From Armatimonadota bacterium (lineage in GTDB: Bacteria > Armatimonadota > SYMT01): DNA of 64,000 bases. The stretch covers positions 1 through 64,000 of the forward strand of contig JBKBRF010000037.1 in assembly GCA_046292385.1 (NCBI GenBank). Reading direction: 5' to 3'. Numbering within the stretch: position 1 is the stretch's first letter; every line of letters starts with the position of its first letter. Shown here in pieces: positions 48,551 through 58,129 of this stretch. Made by a program: the position numbers and the translations under genes. The notes under the pieces are model-generated. The model did no database searches, was not told where the DNA came from, and saw only the letters and a list, made by a program, of their open reading frames with translations.

Positions 48551-48771
48551 AAGACTTCCTGATTGGCCTGCTCGGCGGGCGGTTCGGCCAGGCGCTGCTG
48601 AAGGCGCGCGATTACGTGGACGACGTGACCGAGACGGACGAGTCGCTGCAGGCGCTCCAGCCGGGCGAGACCGCCACGGTAGACCTGCCGGACGAGCTCG
48701 ACGTGAAGTTCAAAAGCCGCTCCGGCAAGCGCTTCAGCGTCGATGTGGTCGGGGTGAAGCGGCTGAAGTAA
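48547..48771 (+). CDS. Small lysis-cassette protein
   Basis: GTGA overlap with the holin. Confidence 0.6.
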   Translation: MKDFLIGLLGGRFGQALLKARDYVDDVTETDESLQALQPGETATVDLPDELDVKFKSRSGKRFSVDVVGVKRLK

Positions 48772-48781
48772 GGAGACGCTC

Positions 48782-49630
48782 GTGTCCACCCGCCTCGTCC
48801 CCCTCACCTGGATGCCGCCGGCCGCGATGTCGCGCGTCATCATCCACTGGACCGGCGGCGACTACCATGCCAACGGCCTGGACCGCGAGCACTATCACCT
48901 CCTCATCGAGGGCGACGGCAAGCTGGTGCGGGGCGACGAGCCGATCACGGCCAACGTCTCCACCCGGGACCGGGATGGCTACGCCGCCCACACCCGCGGC
49001 TGCAACACCGGCAGTATCGGCGTCACGGTCTGCTGTATGCGGGGCGCGCTGGAGTCGCCGCGGCGCTTCGGAAGCTACCCGATGACCCGCGAGCAGTGGG
49101 AGGCGATGGCGGTAGCGGTGGCCGACCTCTGCGACCGTTACGAGATCCCGGTGGGCCCGCGGACCGTGCTCGGTCACGGGGAGGTGGAGCGGATCCTCAA
49201 GATCGACCAGAACGGGAAGTGGGACCCACTCTCTTTGCCGTGGGCGCCCGACGTTCCCTCCGCGAAGGTCGGCGACGTCTTCCGGTCCGCCGTCTCCGCG
49301 GCGCTGAAGAAGCCCCAGGCCGCCGCCGGCGAGGCAGCTCCCTGTGTGGTGCGGCTCGACGGCCGGGTGATCACCGATGACGCGGTGATCCTGGACGGCG
49401 CAAGCTGGCTGCCGATCCGGCCGCTCTGCGTCGCGCAGGGCTGGCGGATCAACGACTTCCACGGCCCGCGGGTCTGGGTCAGCACTCCCGGCGGCGTCCG
49501 CACCCTGACGTTCCAGCTCCGCGGAGACCGCGGCTACTGCCCGGTCCGCGGCGTGTGCGAGGCGATGGGCTGGCCGGCACCGGTGTGGCTGAAGGAGACG
49601 CGGACGGTGGAGATCCGGAGCGCGTGGTAG
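48782..49630 (+). CDS. Endolysin: N-acetylmuramoyl-L-alanine amidase with C-terminal stalk-like domain
   Basis: VIIHWTGG, HYHLLI, AAHTRGCNTGSIGV, VLGHGEV; WLPIRPLC / YCPVRGVCEAMG repeats. Confidence 0.88.
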   Translation: MSTRLVPLTWMPPAAMSRVIIHWTGGDYHANGLDREHYHLLIEGDGKLVRGDEPITANVSTRDRDGYAAHTRGCNTGSIGVTVCCMRGALESPRRFGSYPMTREQWEAMAVAVADLCDRYEIPVGPRTVLGHGEVERILKIDQNGKWDPLSLPWAPDVPSAKVGDVFRSAVSAALKKPQAAAGEAAPCVVRLDGRVITDDAVILDGASWLPIRPLCVAQGWRINDFHGPRVWVSTPGGVRTLTFQLRGDRGYCPVRGVCEAMGWPAPVWLKETRTVEIRSAW

Positions 49631-49665
49631 GGCCGGGCTATGCCAGGTGGCGTAGCCCGGACTGG

Positions 49666-50076
49666 TTAGCGGCGGAAGTAGTCACCTGGATAGGGAATCG
49701 CCGGATACTCCGGATGCCCCGCTCGAATGTCCTCCCACGGGACAGCGCTGCCCCTTCGGCAACAGGATGGGCAATGCCACAGGTAGATTTCCCACTGATG
49801 GGTCAGATCCGCATTGCCGCAATGGCTGCACCAGGTCACCGTGCGATGGACTCGGCACGTGAGCGGATGGATGTATGTGCCGATAATCGACGGTTTGGCT
49901 GATGACCCGTTAGCCGGTCCATATACTCGATGCGCCCACGGCCGTCCGTTGAGCCAGTGGTTACGGATCGAGTGGTCCGGCGGATAAGGATCTGCAGAGG
50001 CCGACAAGCCGGATCTCGGGGCCAGTCTTTCTTTGATTACTACCGGATGGGTAGCTCGAAGATCGTTCGTTTGCAT
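49666..50076 (-). CDS. Small Cys-rich protein, paralog 2 (start uncertain)
   Basis: TWCSHC..WHCPSC..VPWEDI..HPEYP. Confidence 0.6.
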   Translation of the reverse strand: MQTNDLRATHPVVIKERLAPRSGLSASADPYPPDHSIRNHWLNGRPWAHRVYGPANGSSAKPSIIGTYIHPLTCRVHRTVTWCSHCGNADLTHQWEIYLWHCPSCCRRGSAVPWEDIRAGHPEYPAIPYPGDYFRR

Positions 50077-50226
50077 GTCGCACTTGGCATTGAGGGGCCG
50101 GTTGCCACTCTAGCGCCCAATCGGACGAATCACAATCCGACTTTTGGCCACTTCCCGATGGCCAGACGGACACTCCTGAAGTCGCCATGGCCCATATGCC
50201 ACGTGGCATAACGAGGAGCCCCTGAC

Positions 50227-51018
50227 GTGGCCGAGCCGAGACTGACCCCCCAGCAGGAGCTGTTCCTGTCCTACTACCTCGGGGAGTGCCGCTACAACGC
50301 CACGCAGGCGGCGGCCAAGGCCGGCTACGCCCACGCAAACAAGCAGGGCTCTCGACTGCTCCAAAAGCCCGCGGTGAAGGCAGCGCTGGACGAGTGGAAG
50401 GCGGCGGTCCGGCAGGAAGGCATCGCGTGCCAGGAGGCTCGGATCGCTGCCCTCAATGAGCAGTGGCGCCGGCTGCAGCGAGTGGTCGATGCCCGTGCTG
50501 TGGAGCACCAGGACATCCCTGGCGGCGATAGCGGCTTCCTCGTGCGGACCACCAAGCTCGTGAAGATCTATTCCACGCGGGTGGACCTTTCGAACGACTA
50601 CGGTTGCGAGGAAGGTGACGCCTGCCCCCGGTGTTCGACCGATGGCGAGGTGCCAAAGCTTCGGCGGATGGAGGTCACCGACCTTTCCGAGAAGGAGCCG
50701 ACGCCGCGCCAGGCGCTCTGCTGTCCGGTCTGCCTGGAGCGCTGGCGCCCCGAGGAATCGGAGGAGCTGACCCCGACGCGCGCGGTGGAGCTGGTCTATG
50801 AGTACGCCGTGGACACCGGGCTCCTGCGCGAGCTGCGCGAGCACAAGATGCAGGTCGCCAAAGAGCTGGGGCAAATCACCGAGCGGAAGGAAGTGACCGG
50901 TGCCGGCGGTGGACCCATCGAGTACAAGGACCTCAACGACCTCCGAAGCCTGCCCCCAGACGAGCTTGCACGCCTCTATTTTGAGACGCTGGGAGTTCCG
51001 GCAGCGGATCGGGGATGA
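50227..51018 (+). CDS. terS: Terminase small subunit with zinc-ribbon insertion
   Basis: LTPQQELF..NATQAAAKAGY..GSRLL; EVTGAGGGPI tail; CPRC..CPVC. Confidence 0.88.
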   Translation: MAEPRLTPQQELFLSYYLGECRYNATQAAAKAGYAHANKQGSRLLQKPAVKAALDEWKAAVRQEGIACQEARIAALNEQWRRLQRVVDARAVEHQDIPGGDSGFLVRTTKLVKIYSTRVDLSNDYGCEEGDACPRCSTDGEVPKLRRMEVTDLSEKEPTPRQALCCPVCLERWRPEESEELTPTRAVELVYEYAVDTGLLRELREHKMQVAKELGQITERKEVTGAGGGPIEYKDLNDLRSLPPDELARLYFETLGVPAADRG

Positions 51019-52612
51019 TCCCAAGCTCCAGGCGCTGGAGCTGGCGATGTGCGCCCGGGACCCGGTCCACTGGATCAACACCTGGGCGTGGACCTATGAC
51101 CCGCGGGAGACGTGCCCGAACCTGCCCTTCGACCTCTTCCCGCTCCAGGTGGAATTCATCCGGTGGCTGCAGGCGCGGGAAGCGGCCGCGGAAGACGGAC
51201 TGGCGGAGAAGTCCCGCGACATGGGTTTCACCTGGCTCTGCGCGTCCTACGCGCTGTGGGCGTGGCTCTTCCGGCCCGGCTTCGCCGCGGGCTTCGGCAG
51301 CCGCAAGCAGGACCTGGTCGATAAGATCGGCGACCCCGACTGCATCTTCGAGAAGATCCGGATGCTGTTCCGCCGGCTGCCGCGGTGGATGCTCCCGGCC
51401 GGCTTCACGGAGACCGAGCACGACAACTTCTGCAAGCTGCTCAATCCGGCGAACGGCGCCACCATCACCGGCGAGGCCGGCGACGAGATCGGCCGCGGTG
51501 GCCGGAAGACCATCTACTTCATTGACGAGGCGGCCTACCTGGAGCGCCCGCAGAAGGTAGAAGCGGCGCTCTCGCAGACGACGCGGTGCCGGATCTGGGT
51601 CTCCACCCCGAACGGTCCCGGCAACCCGTTCGCGAAGAAGCGCCACGGCGGGAAGATCAAGGTCTTCACCTTCCACTGGAAGAGCGACCCGCGCAAGAAC
51701 CGGTATGAGGTGCGGGACGCGACCGGCGCGGTAGTCGCCACCGGGCGCGGCGAAGCCCCGCCCACGGTGCCCGCCGGCTGCCGGGTGGTCTATCCGTGGT
51801 ACGAGGCGGAATGCGAGCGGCTCGGCGATCCGGTGGTGATCGCCCAGGAGCTGGACATCGACTACACCGCCTCGATCGAGGGGATCTGCATCCCCGCGAA
51901 GTGGGTGCGGGCGGCGGTCGGCTACCCCTTACCGCGCTCCGGTCCGCGGGTGGCCGGCTTCGACGTGGCGGAGGAAGGCAAGAACCGCTCCGTGATGATC
52001 CCCCGGCAGGGGCCCGTCGCGGAGATGCCGGTGGACTGGGGGCAGAGCAATACCACGCAGACCGCCTACCGGGCGCGCGACGAGGGCGAGAAGCTCAACG
52101 TCGAGGTGGTGTTCTACGATGCCGATGGTCCCGGCATGGGCGTGAAGGGCACCTGGCAGAGCGCGGAGCGGCCCCTGCCCTTCCGGGCGGTACCGGTCTT
52201 CGGCGGGGACCACCCTACCGAGACGGTCTGGCCGGACGGCCGCACCTCGAAGGAGCGCTTCCGGAACCTGCGCGCGGAGCTGTGGTGGCTGCTGCGGATG
52301 CGCTTCGAGCGCACCTACGAGCGAGTGCTCTGGGAGCAGGGCGACCCCGCCGGCAAGCACCATCCGGACGAAGAGTGCATCAGCCTGCCGGACTGCCCGC
52401 AGCTCATCGCGCAGCTTTCCCAGCCGCTGGTCTTCACGACGGACACCGGGAAGACCCAGCTCGAAGGCAAGCCGCAGATGGCGAAGCGCGGCGTGGCCTC
52501 ACCCGACTTCGCCGACGCGCTGGCCTATTCGTTTATGCCCGATGACTACGTGCCGCTCGATGACGTGGACGACTACACGGGACCGACGACCTTCGTCCCG
52601 GGAGGCTGGTAA
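50966..52612 (+). CDS. terL: Terminase large subunit (start uncertain, TTG)
   Basis: EKSRDMGFTW, YFIDEAA, STPNG, AGFDVA, YDADGPG, SPDFADAL. Confidence 0.92.
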   Translation: MHASILRRWEFRQRIGDDPKLQALELAMCARDPVHWINTWAWTYDPRETCPNLPFDLFPLQVEFIRWLQAREAAAEDGLAEKSRDMGFTWLCASYALWAWLFRPGFAAGFGSRKQDLVDKIGDPDCIFEKIRMLFRRLPRWMLPAGFTETEHDNFCKLLNPANGATITGEAGDEIGRGGRKTIYFIDEAAYLERPQKVEAALSQTTRCRIWVSTPNGPGNPFAKKRHGGKIKVFTFHWKSDPRKNRYEVRDATGAVVATGRGEAPPTVPAGCRVVYPWYEAECERLGDPVVIAQELDIDYTASIEGICIPAKWVRAAVGYPLPRSGPRVAGFDVAEEGKNRSVMIPRQGPVAEMPVDWGQSNTTQTAYRARDEGEKLNVEVVFYDADGPGMGVKGTWQSAERPLPFRAVPVFGGDHPTETVWPDGRTSKERFRNLRAELWWLLRMRFERTYERVLWEQGDPAGKHHPDEECISLPDCPQLIAQLSQPLVFTTDTGKTQLEGKPQMAKRGVASPDFADALAYSFMPDDYVPLDDVDDYTGPTTFVPGGW

Positions 52613-54634
52613 GTGGCCGCACAGGTAGACCGGGCAACCAAGACGCTGCGGATCCCCGCGGACCGGGCGCGTGGCGTCCGCGAAGCATCGCCGAGCGAGC
52701 CGTTCGACACCCGGCCCGAGATGGGCTTCGGCGGCAGCAAGTTCGTCGGAGGGATCGTCAGCGAGGAGCACCTAGCCGAGCTGCGCGGGCAGCGCGCCGC
52801 CCAGATGGCAACCCGGATGCGCCGGACCGACGCGCAGGTGCGCGCCGTCGAGAAGGTGATCAGCCTGCCGATCCGCTCCACGATCTGGCTGCTGGAAGAG
52901 CCCGACCAGGCCGGCAGCGCCGAGAAAGAAGCGACGGAACTGCTCCGTGAGAACCTCTTCGGCGGCATGGAGCACTCCTGGGACGACCTGATCCGGGAGG
53001 GCTGCCTGGCGATCTACTACGGCTGGCGGGTGCCGGAGATCGTCTGGGAAGAGCGGGACTCGCTGTTCCGGATCCGGAAGGTCGCCTCGCGCAACCCGGA
53101 GCTGGTCGAGCAGTGGCTGTTCGACGCGCAGAGCAACCTCACCGGCTACCTCTACGCGGGCCACCGGCCGATCGGCGGCGGCCTCACGGTCGGCAGCACC
53201 GCCCCCAGCAAGTACGAGCGGATCCCGATCCCGATCGAGAAGACACTCCACTTCGTGTATGACACGGAGAACGAGAACCCGCAGGGCTTCGGGCTCTGGC
53301 GCTCGATGTATCCGCACTACGTCCTGAAGCAGGCGCTCTACAAGATGATGGCGGTCGGCATCGAGCGGAACCTCGTGGGCACCCCCTACGGGCGCCTGAC
53401 GAAGAGCGCCACCCAGGGCGGCAACCTGGACGCAGATAAGAAGGCGCTCCTCTCGATCCTGCAGCGGCTCCGGGTGGCGCACGACGGCGCCTTCGTCCTC
53501 ACCGAGGGGCAGGAGGTGGACTGGTTCGAGAGCAGCCGCTCCGTGATGGACGCGATGCCGTTCCTCCATCACCAGAACGCGATGATCGCCCTGGTGGGGC
53601 TCGCCCAGTTCCTCACCCTGGGGATGCAGAGCACCGGCACGCAGGCCCTCGCCAGCGAGCACACCAAGATCTTCGAGCTGGCGGAAGAGGCGAACGCGAA
53701 CTGGCTGCAGGAGACGCTGCAGAGCCAACTGATCAAGCGCTGGTGCCTCCTCAACTACGGGGCCAAGCTGAAGCCGCCGCGGCTGATGCACAAGCCGATC
53801 CGGGCGAAGGATCTCACCGCCTGGACCGCCGGCCTGAAGTCGCTCGTGGACGGCAAGCTCATTCACCAGACCGTGGATGACGAGGAGCTGATCCGGGACT
53901 ACTTCGAGCTGCCGAAGATCGAGCGCGCGCAGCTGGAAGCGCTGGAGGCCGAGCGGAAGACCGCCGAGGCGCAGCGCCAGGAAGCGGAGCGCCTCCGTCT
54001 CCAGGGACCGGCCTCACCGCCCGCCAAGCCCGAGCCGGCGCCGCGGAAGGCGACCGAGCCCGGCTGCGGGCACACCTTCGCGGAAGGCGACGGCGAGACC
54101 GCCCGGCAGGAGCGGACCGCGGCGGAGCAGAGCTTCGAGGAGCGCGCGGCGGAGCTGCTCGGCAGCATCCAGGAGCAGTATTTCACGGCGCTCCGCCCGC
54201 TGGTGGACGAGGCGCAGGACGCCGGCAAGCTCGCGAAGGGCAAGCCGATCGACCGGCTCCCCGACGTCGCGGTCCCGGGCGCCAAGCGCTACACGCAGTT
54301 CGTGCGGGCCTTCCTCTGGGAAGCGCTCGACGCGGGCCGGAAAGCGCTGGAGACGGAGACCGGGCAGCGGGCCTCCGAGCGGCCCGTCAGTAACCGCCTC
54401 CGGCAGTGGGTGACCGCCCGCGCGGAAGTGATCGCCGCGGACCACCTGGCGCAGCTGAAGACCGCCGTGCTCTCCCGCGTGCTCTCCGGACTGCGGGCGG
54501 AGCTGACGACGGCGCAGATCTTCAGCGAGGCCGGCGCCGCGGCGATCGAGGAGTTCAACCGGAACACCGCCCGAGGCTGGAGCCAGGCCGCGGCGGAAGT
54601 GCTCGCGGAGCTGGCGGGAGAGAGCACGGAATGA
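52613..54634 (+). CDS. Portal protein (DUF935/Mu gp29-like) with C-terminal MuF-like helical extension
   Basis: MRRTDAQV, ENPQGFGLWRSMY, GIERNLVGTPYG, LAQFLTLG; low-complexity linker then ~180-aa helical tail. Confidence 0.85.
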   Translation: MAAQVDRATKTLRIPADRARGVREASPSEPFDTRPEMGFGGSKFVGGIVSEEHLAELRGQRAAQMATRMRRTDAQVRAVEKVISLPIRSTIWLLEEPDQAGSAEKEATELLRENLFGGMEHSWDDLIREGCLAIYYGWRVPEIVWEERDSLFRIRKVASRNPELVEQWLFDAQSNLTGYLYAGHRPIGGGLTVGSTAPSKYERIPIPIEKTLHFVYDTENENPQGFGLWRSMYPHYVLKQALYKMMAVGIERNLVGTPYGRLTKSATQGGNLDADKKALLSILQRLRVAHDGAFVLTEGQEVDWFESSRSVMDAMPFLHHQNAMIALVGLAQFLTLGMQSTGTQALASEHTKIFELAEEANANWLQETLQSQLIKRWCLLNYGAKLKPPRLMHKPIRAKDLTAWTAGLKSLVDGKLIHQTVDDEELIRDYFELPKIERAQLEALEAERKTAEAQRQEAERLRLQGPASPPAKPEPAPRKATEPGCGHTFAEGDGETARQERTAAEQSFEERAAELLGSIQEQYFTALRPLVDEAQDAGKLAKGKPIDRLPDVAVPGAKRYTQFVRAFLWEALDAGRKALETETGQRASERPVSNRLRQWVTARAEVIAADHLAQLKTAVLSRVLSGLRAELTTAQIFSEAGAAAIEEFNRNTARGWSQAAAEVLAELAGESTE

Positions 54635-55050
54635 TCCCGGTAGAGCAAACGATTCTCACCCCGCCACTCGGCAACTGCTTCGCGGCGTGTCTCGCCAGCA
54701 TCCTGGAGTGTCCGCTGGAGATCGTCCCGCACCTTACCCGTGAGGAAGGCGAGACGGACGAGGGCGGTGCGCGCTACTGGAACCGGATACGCGAGTGGCT
54801 GCGGCCCTACAACCTCGACCTCGGTGGCTGGATGGTACGTGAAGGCGGGATGATCCCGAGCGGCTACACCGTCCTCACCGTGGATTACGGCCCCTGGTGG
54901 CACTGCGTGGTAGCGAAGGACGGCGAGCCGGTCTGGAATCCCGACCCGCGGCGTGACACGGCCCCACTCCCTACGAAGTGGGTGGACTGGGCAGTGCTCT
55001 ACGTGCGAGATCCGGCCCGACCGGTGCTGCGGCCTGGCGGCGGTAAGTAA
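54631..55050 (+). CDS. Papain-like cysteine peptidase-fold phage protein
   Basis: Q..GNCFAACLASIL and WHCVV..VWNPDP; ATGA overlap with the portal stop. Confidence 0.6.
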   Translation: MIPVEQTILTPPLGNCFAACLASILECPLEIVPHLTREEGETDEGGARYWNRIREWLRPYNLDLGGWMVREGGMIPSGYTVLTVDYGPWWHCVVAKDGEPVWNPDPRRDTAPLPTKWVDWAVLYVRDPARPVLRPGGGK

Positions 55051-55054
55051 CCCG

Positions 55055-56518
55055 ATGGCAAGTCTTCCCCCGACGCTGGAGCGGTCCCTGTCCGCGACGG
55101 CGACCCTCGCCTACGCCGAACTGTTCAACGAGGGGAAGAGCGCCGCGAACGACCCGGAAGCCTACCCCCTGGCGCAGATCAGTGAGCTGCTCGACGGCCG
55201 CACCTGTGCCCTCTGCGCCGCGGTGGACGGCAAGATCCTCGACGTCTCGACCCCGGAGTATCGGGAGTGGCGGCAGCCGAGTCACATCAACTGCCGGCGC
55301 ACCCTGGCCTACATCCCGAAAGGTGAGGCCGGCACCGAGCCCGACTTCGTGCGGCCCGATGCGAAGCTGATCAAGAAGCACGGGCACTACCACCTCGACC
55401 CGGAGAAGCACGCGGAGTTCCGGATCCCGGCGGAGCCGGCCGGGCGACACCTGATCGTCCGGCGGGTGAAGCACCCGGAGACCGGCGAGCTGGGGACGCG
55501 GATCGACTACGCGCCCTGGTGGGAGCAGGTGCCGCAGTGGAAGCGGGATCTCGTGCTGAAGGCGCGGGCGACGCCGGACGGGGACGACTTCCAGGCGATC
55601 CTCTCGCAGCTGGGGCTGCAGGACCTGAAGCAGGCCGAGACGCTCCACCAGGCGACGCTCCTGGGACTGCGGGACCGGGTAGAAGGCTTCCTCACGGAAG
55701 TGATCGAGCCGCCATCCGGCGGGGATGACGGGCAGCCATCGCCGTCCGCGGAGTATCCCCTGCTCGACCCGCGCCTGCAGGGGCTCTCGGAGGAGGGGCG
55801 CCGGTTCTGGGGCGACAGCCGTGAGCGGCGGAAGCTGCTGCGGGCGCTGCGGGACGCCTACGATACGGGCACCCTGGAGGAGCGGAAGGCCGCGGTGGCG
55901 GCGATCGACACCCACGTCGCCGCCGGAGTGCGGGCGCTCGGCCTCGAACGCGGGACGGTGCGGAGCGTGGACGTGGAGCCGCTGCAGCGGGCCAAGGGCG
56001 TCAAGCGGGCGAGCTGTGACCTCCGGATCGATCCCAACTACCTGCGGCGCTCCCTGGAGCGTCGTCCGGACGGCGTGATCCGGACCTGGGTTCACGAGTC
56101 GATGCACGCGCGGGCTCCCTTCCAGCCCTCACTCAGCTTCGAATATACCGCCTACAAGGGCTATGAGGAAGGCGTGGTCGAGGGGCTGGCGCGAATCATC
56201 ACGCGTGAGAAGGCGGGGATGCTTCCGAGCTACGGCGCATACGGTCACTACGTCCGCTCCTACGAACTCCTGGCGGAGCAGATTGGCACGGGGCTGGAGA
56301 CTCTCCTGCGGGAGCTTTGGAAGGCACGGCCGGGCGAAGTGCGGATGCAGCTTCTCGGCGCCGTGGACCGACTGCGCCAGGAGAAGGGCGCGCAACCATT
56401 GACCCCGGAGCAACGTCAGAATATCCAGGCGGTCGCCGATGAGTTGTTCGCGCGACCATCCTTTGAGCCGGTCCGCGGTCGGGAGATTCGCAAGCAATGG
56501 CGGCAGGCGTTCCGCTGA
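55055..56518 (+). CDS. MuF (SPP1 gp7-like) C-half fused to an HExxH metallopeptidase domain
   Basis: LDGRTCALCAAVDG..PSHINCRRTL; WVHESMHA..YEEGVVE. Confidence 0.82.
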   Translation: MASLPPTLERSLSATATLAYAELFNEGKSAANDPEAYPLAQISELLDGRTCALCAAVDGKILDVSTPEYREWRQPSHINCRRTLAYIPKGEAGTEPDFVRPDAKLIKKHGHYHLDPEKHAEFRIPAEPAGRHLIVRRVKHPETGELGTRIDYAPWWEQVPQWKRDLVLKARATPDGDDFQAILSQLGLQDLKQAETLHQATLLGLRDRVEGFLTEVIEPPSGGDDGQPSPSAEYPLLDPRLQGLSEEGRRFWGDSRERRKLLRALRDAYDTGTLEERKAAVAAIDTHVAAGVRALGLERGTVRSVDVEPLQRAKGVKRASCDLRIDPNYLRRSLERRPDGVIRTWVHESMHARAPFQPSLSFEYTAYKGYEEGVVEGLARIITREKAGMLPSYGAYGHYVRSYELLAEQIGTGLETLLRELWKARPGEVRMQLLGAVDRLRQEKGAQPLTPEQRQNIQAVADELFARPSFEPVRGREIRKQWRQAFR

Positions 56519-56742
56519 CGAAAGAGGCGTTCATCCAGGAGGTGCATCGGCTCGAAGTGGCCGGGGACCCGGAAGCGCTCCTCGCCTACGCCGAGGCGAA
56601 CATGCCGGCGGTGGAAGACCAGCTCACGGACGAGGAGTACGAGGCGATCTGCGGCGGTCCGCTGGAAGCCGCGGCGATGCTGCAGGGGATCCAGGCTCAC
56701 TTCGGGAAGGTACCGCGAGAAGCGCAGCAGCAAGCCGCTTAA
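56497..56742 (+). CDS. Small acidic protein, candidate immunity protein
   Basis: 81 aa, overlaps the MuF-peptidase stop. Confidence 0.55.
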   Translation: MAAGVPLTKEAFIQEVHRLEVAGDPEALLAYAEANMPAVEDQLTDEEYEAICGGPLEAAAMLQGIQAHFGKVPREAQQQAA

Positions 56743-56816
56743 CCGCCAGCACCACCCGCTTTCACTATTCACAGGCTCGCCCTTCGGGGTGGGCCTGTGC
56801 TGCTTAGAGGACCAAG

Positions 56817-58037
56817 ATGAGCACCATTCAGGGAGCCGAGATCGAAGGCCGGCCGAGTCACGAAGATATCCGAACGCTGCTGCGGAAGGCGCTCAACCCC
56901 GCGGAGATCTACGGGCCGGAGACGCCGTGGGTGGTTGAGTGCGGCGACACCAGTTGCGTCGTCTCGAAGGGCGACCGGCACTTCCGCTACCCCTACACCA
57001 TCGAGGGTGGCGAAGCCAAGCTCGGTGAGCCGGTGGAAGTCACGCTCTCCTGGAAGGACCGGGGCCAGACCGTGGCCGCCGGTGAGGGCGAGCGCGGCAC
57101 CCTGGCTTTCGCCACCGACCTCCGCGGGCTCCAGTTCAGCGAGAACGCTAGTGACCCCGTGACGATCGAGGTCTGCCGGGACGGTCGCTGGAAGCACCCG
57201 GAGTTCGGTGAGGTCGTGGTCGATCTCGGGCTGCGTGAGAAACTCGTGCAGAACTTCCAGGACAACGTCCGCGAGGTCGGCGACCTGCCCCTCGACTACA
57301 ACCATGAGCCCGGCGCCGCCCCCGGCTGGATCAAGAAGCTGTGGAATGAGGGCAACTCCCTCTTCGCGGACGTCGAGCTGACCCCGTCCGGACGGAAGTC
57401 GATCCAGGACGGAGAATACCGGTTCTTCAGTCCGGAGTGGCATCCCAACTGGGAGAACCCGAAGGACGGCAAAAAGTACGGACCTACGCTCTTCGGAGGC
57501 GGCCTCACCAACCGGCCGTTCTTCCGGGGCATGGCTGCCATCCAGTGCAGCGAGACCGGGGCACAGCCCCAGAAGGAGATCAGGATGCCTGACACTCAGC
57601 CGGGCGCCCAGACGGGCCAGGAGACCCCGGAGAACACGATCCAGATGGCGGAACTGCAGCGCCGCCTCCAGGCGGTAGAAGTGGAGAACGCCACGCTGCG
57701 GGCCGCGGAAGCGCGCCGGCAGCTCACCGACCAGGTCGGAGCCCTCACCTTCGGGGAGCGGAGGAGCCGCCTCGCGCCGGCCGCGCAGAGCGGCCTGGTC
57801 GATGCGCTGATGGAAGTCGAGCCGGAGAAGCGGGAGAAGGTGCTCGCCGCGGTGCAGGGCTTCCAGTTCGCGGAGCTGGGTGAGCGGGGCTTCACCCCGG
57901 CCGAGAGCAACAGCGGTGCGGAGCTGACGGCAGAGGAAGAGGCCGAGCTGAAGGCGACGGCCGAGCGGAACAACCTGAAGTTCGAGGAGGTCAAGGCGAC
58001 CTACCTCCAGGTGAAGCGGGAGCGGCAGCCGGCCTAA
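56817..58037 (+). CDS. Mu-like prohead protease with C-terminal scaffold region
   Basis: LPLDYNH, APGWIKKL, GEYRFFSPEW, GGLTNRPF. Confidence 0.88.
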   Translation: MSTIQGAEIEGRPSHEDIRTLLRKALNPAEIYGPETPWVVECGDTSCVVSKGDRHFRYPYTIEGGEAKLGEPVEVTLSWKDRGQTVAAGEGERGTLAFATDLRGLQFSENASDPVTIEVCRDGRWKHPEFGEVVVDLGLREKLVQNFQDNVREVGDLPLDYNHEPGAAPGWIKKLWNEGNSLFADVELTPSGRKSIQDGEYRFFSPEWHPNWENPKDGKKYGPTLFGGGLTNRPFFRGMAAIQCSETGAQPQKEIRMPDTQPGAQTGQETPENTIQMAELQRRLQAVEVENATLRAAEARRQLTDQVGALTFGERRSRLAPAAQSGLVDALMEVEPEKREKVLAAVQGFQFAELGERGFTPAESNSGAELTAEEEAELKATAERNNLKFEEVKATYLQVKRERQPA

Positions 58038-58129
58038 CGGGCGGCGCAGGCAGAGAGCGGGAGACGGATTAGCGGGTCGGTCCTTCGGGGCCGGCCCTTC
58101 GCTTTGCCCGGAGGGGCGGAGGCAACACG

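Noticed and set aside
50900..51018. Programmed frameshift joining TerS and TerL
   Set aside because: In-frame TTG starts at 50966 and 50981 explain the overlap; no clear slippery heptamer
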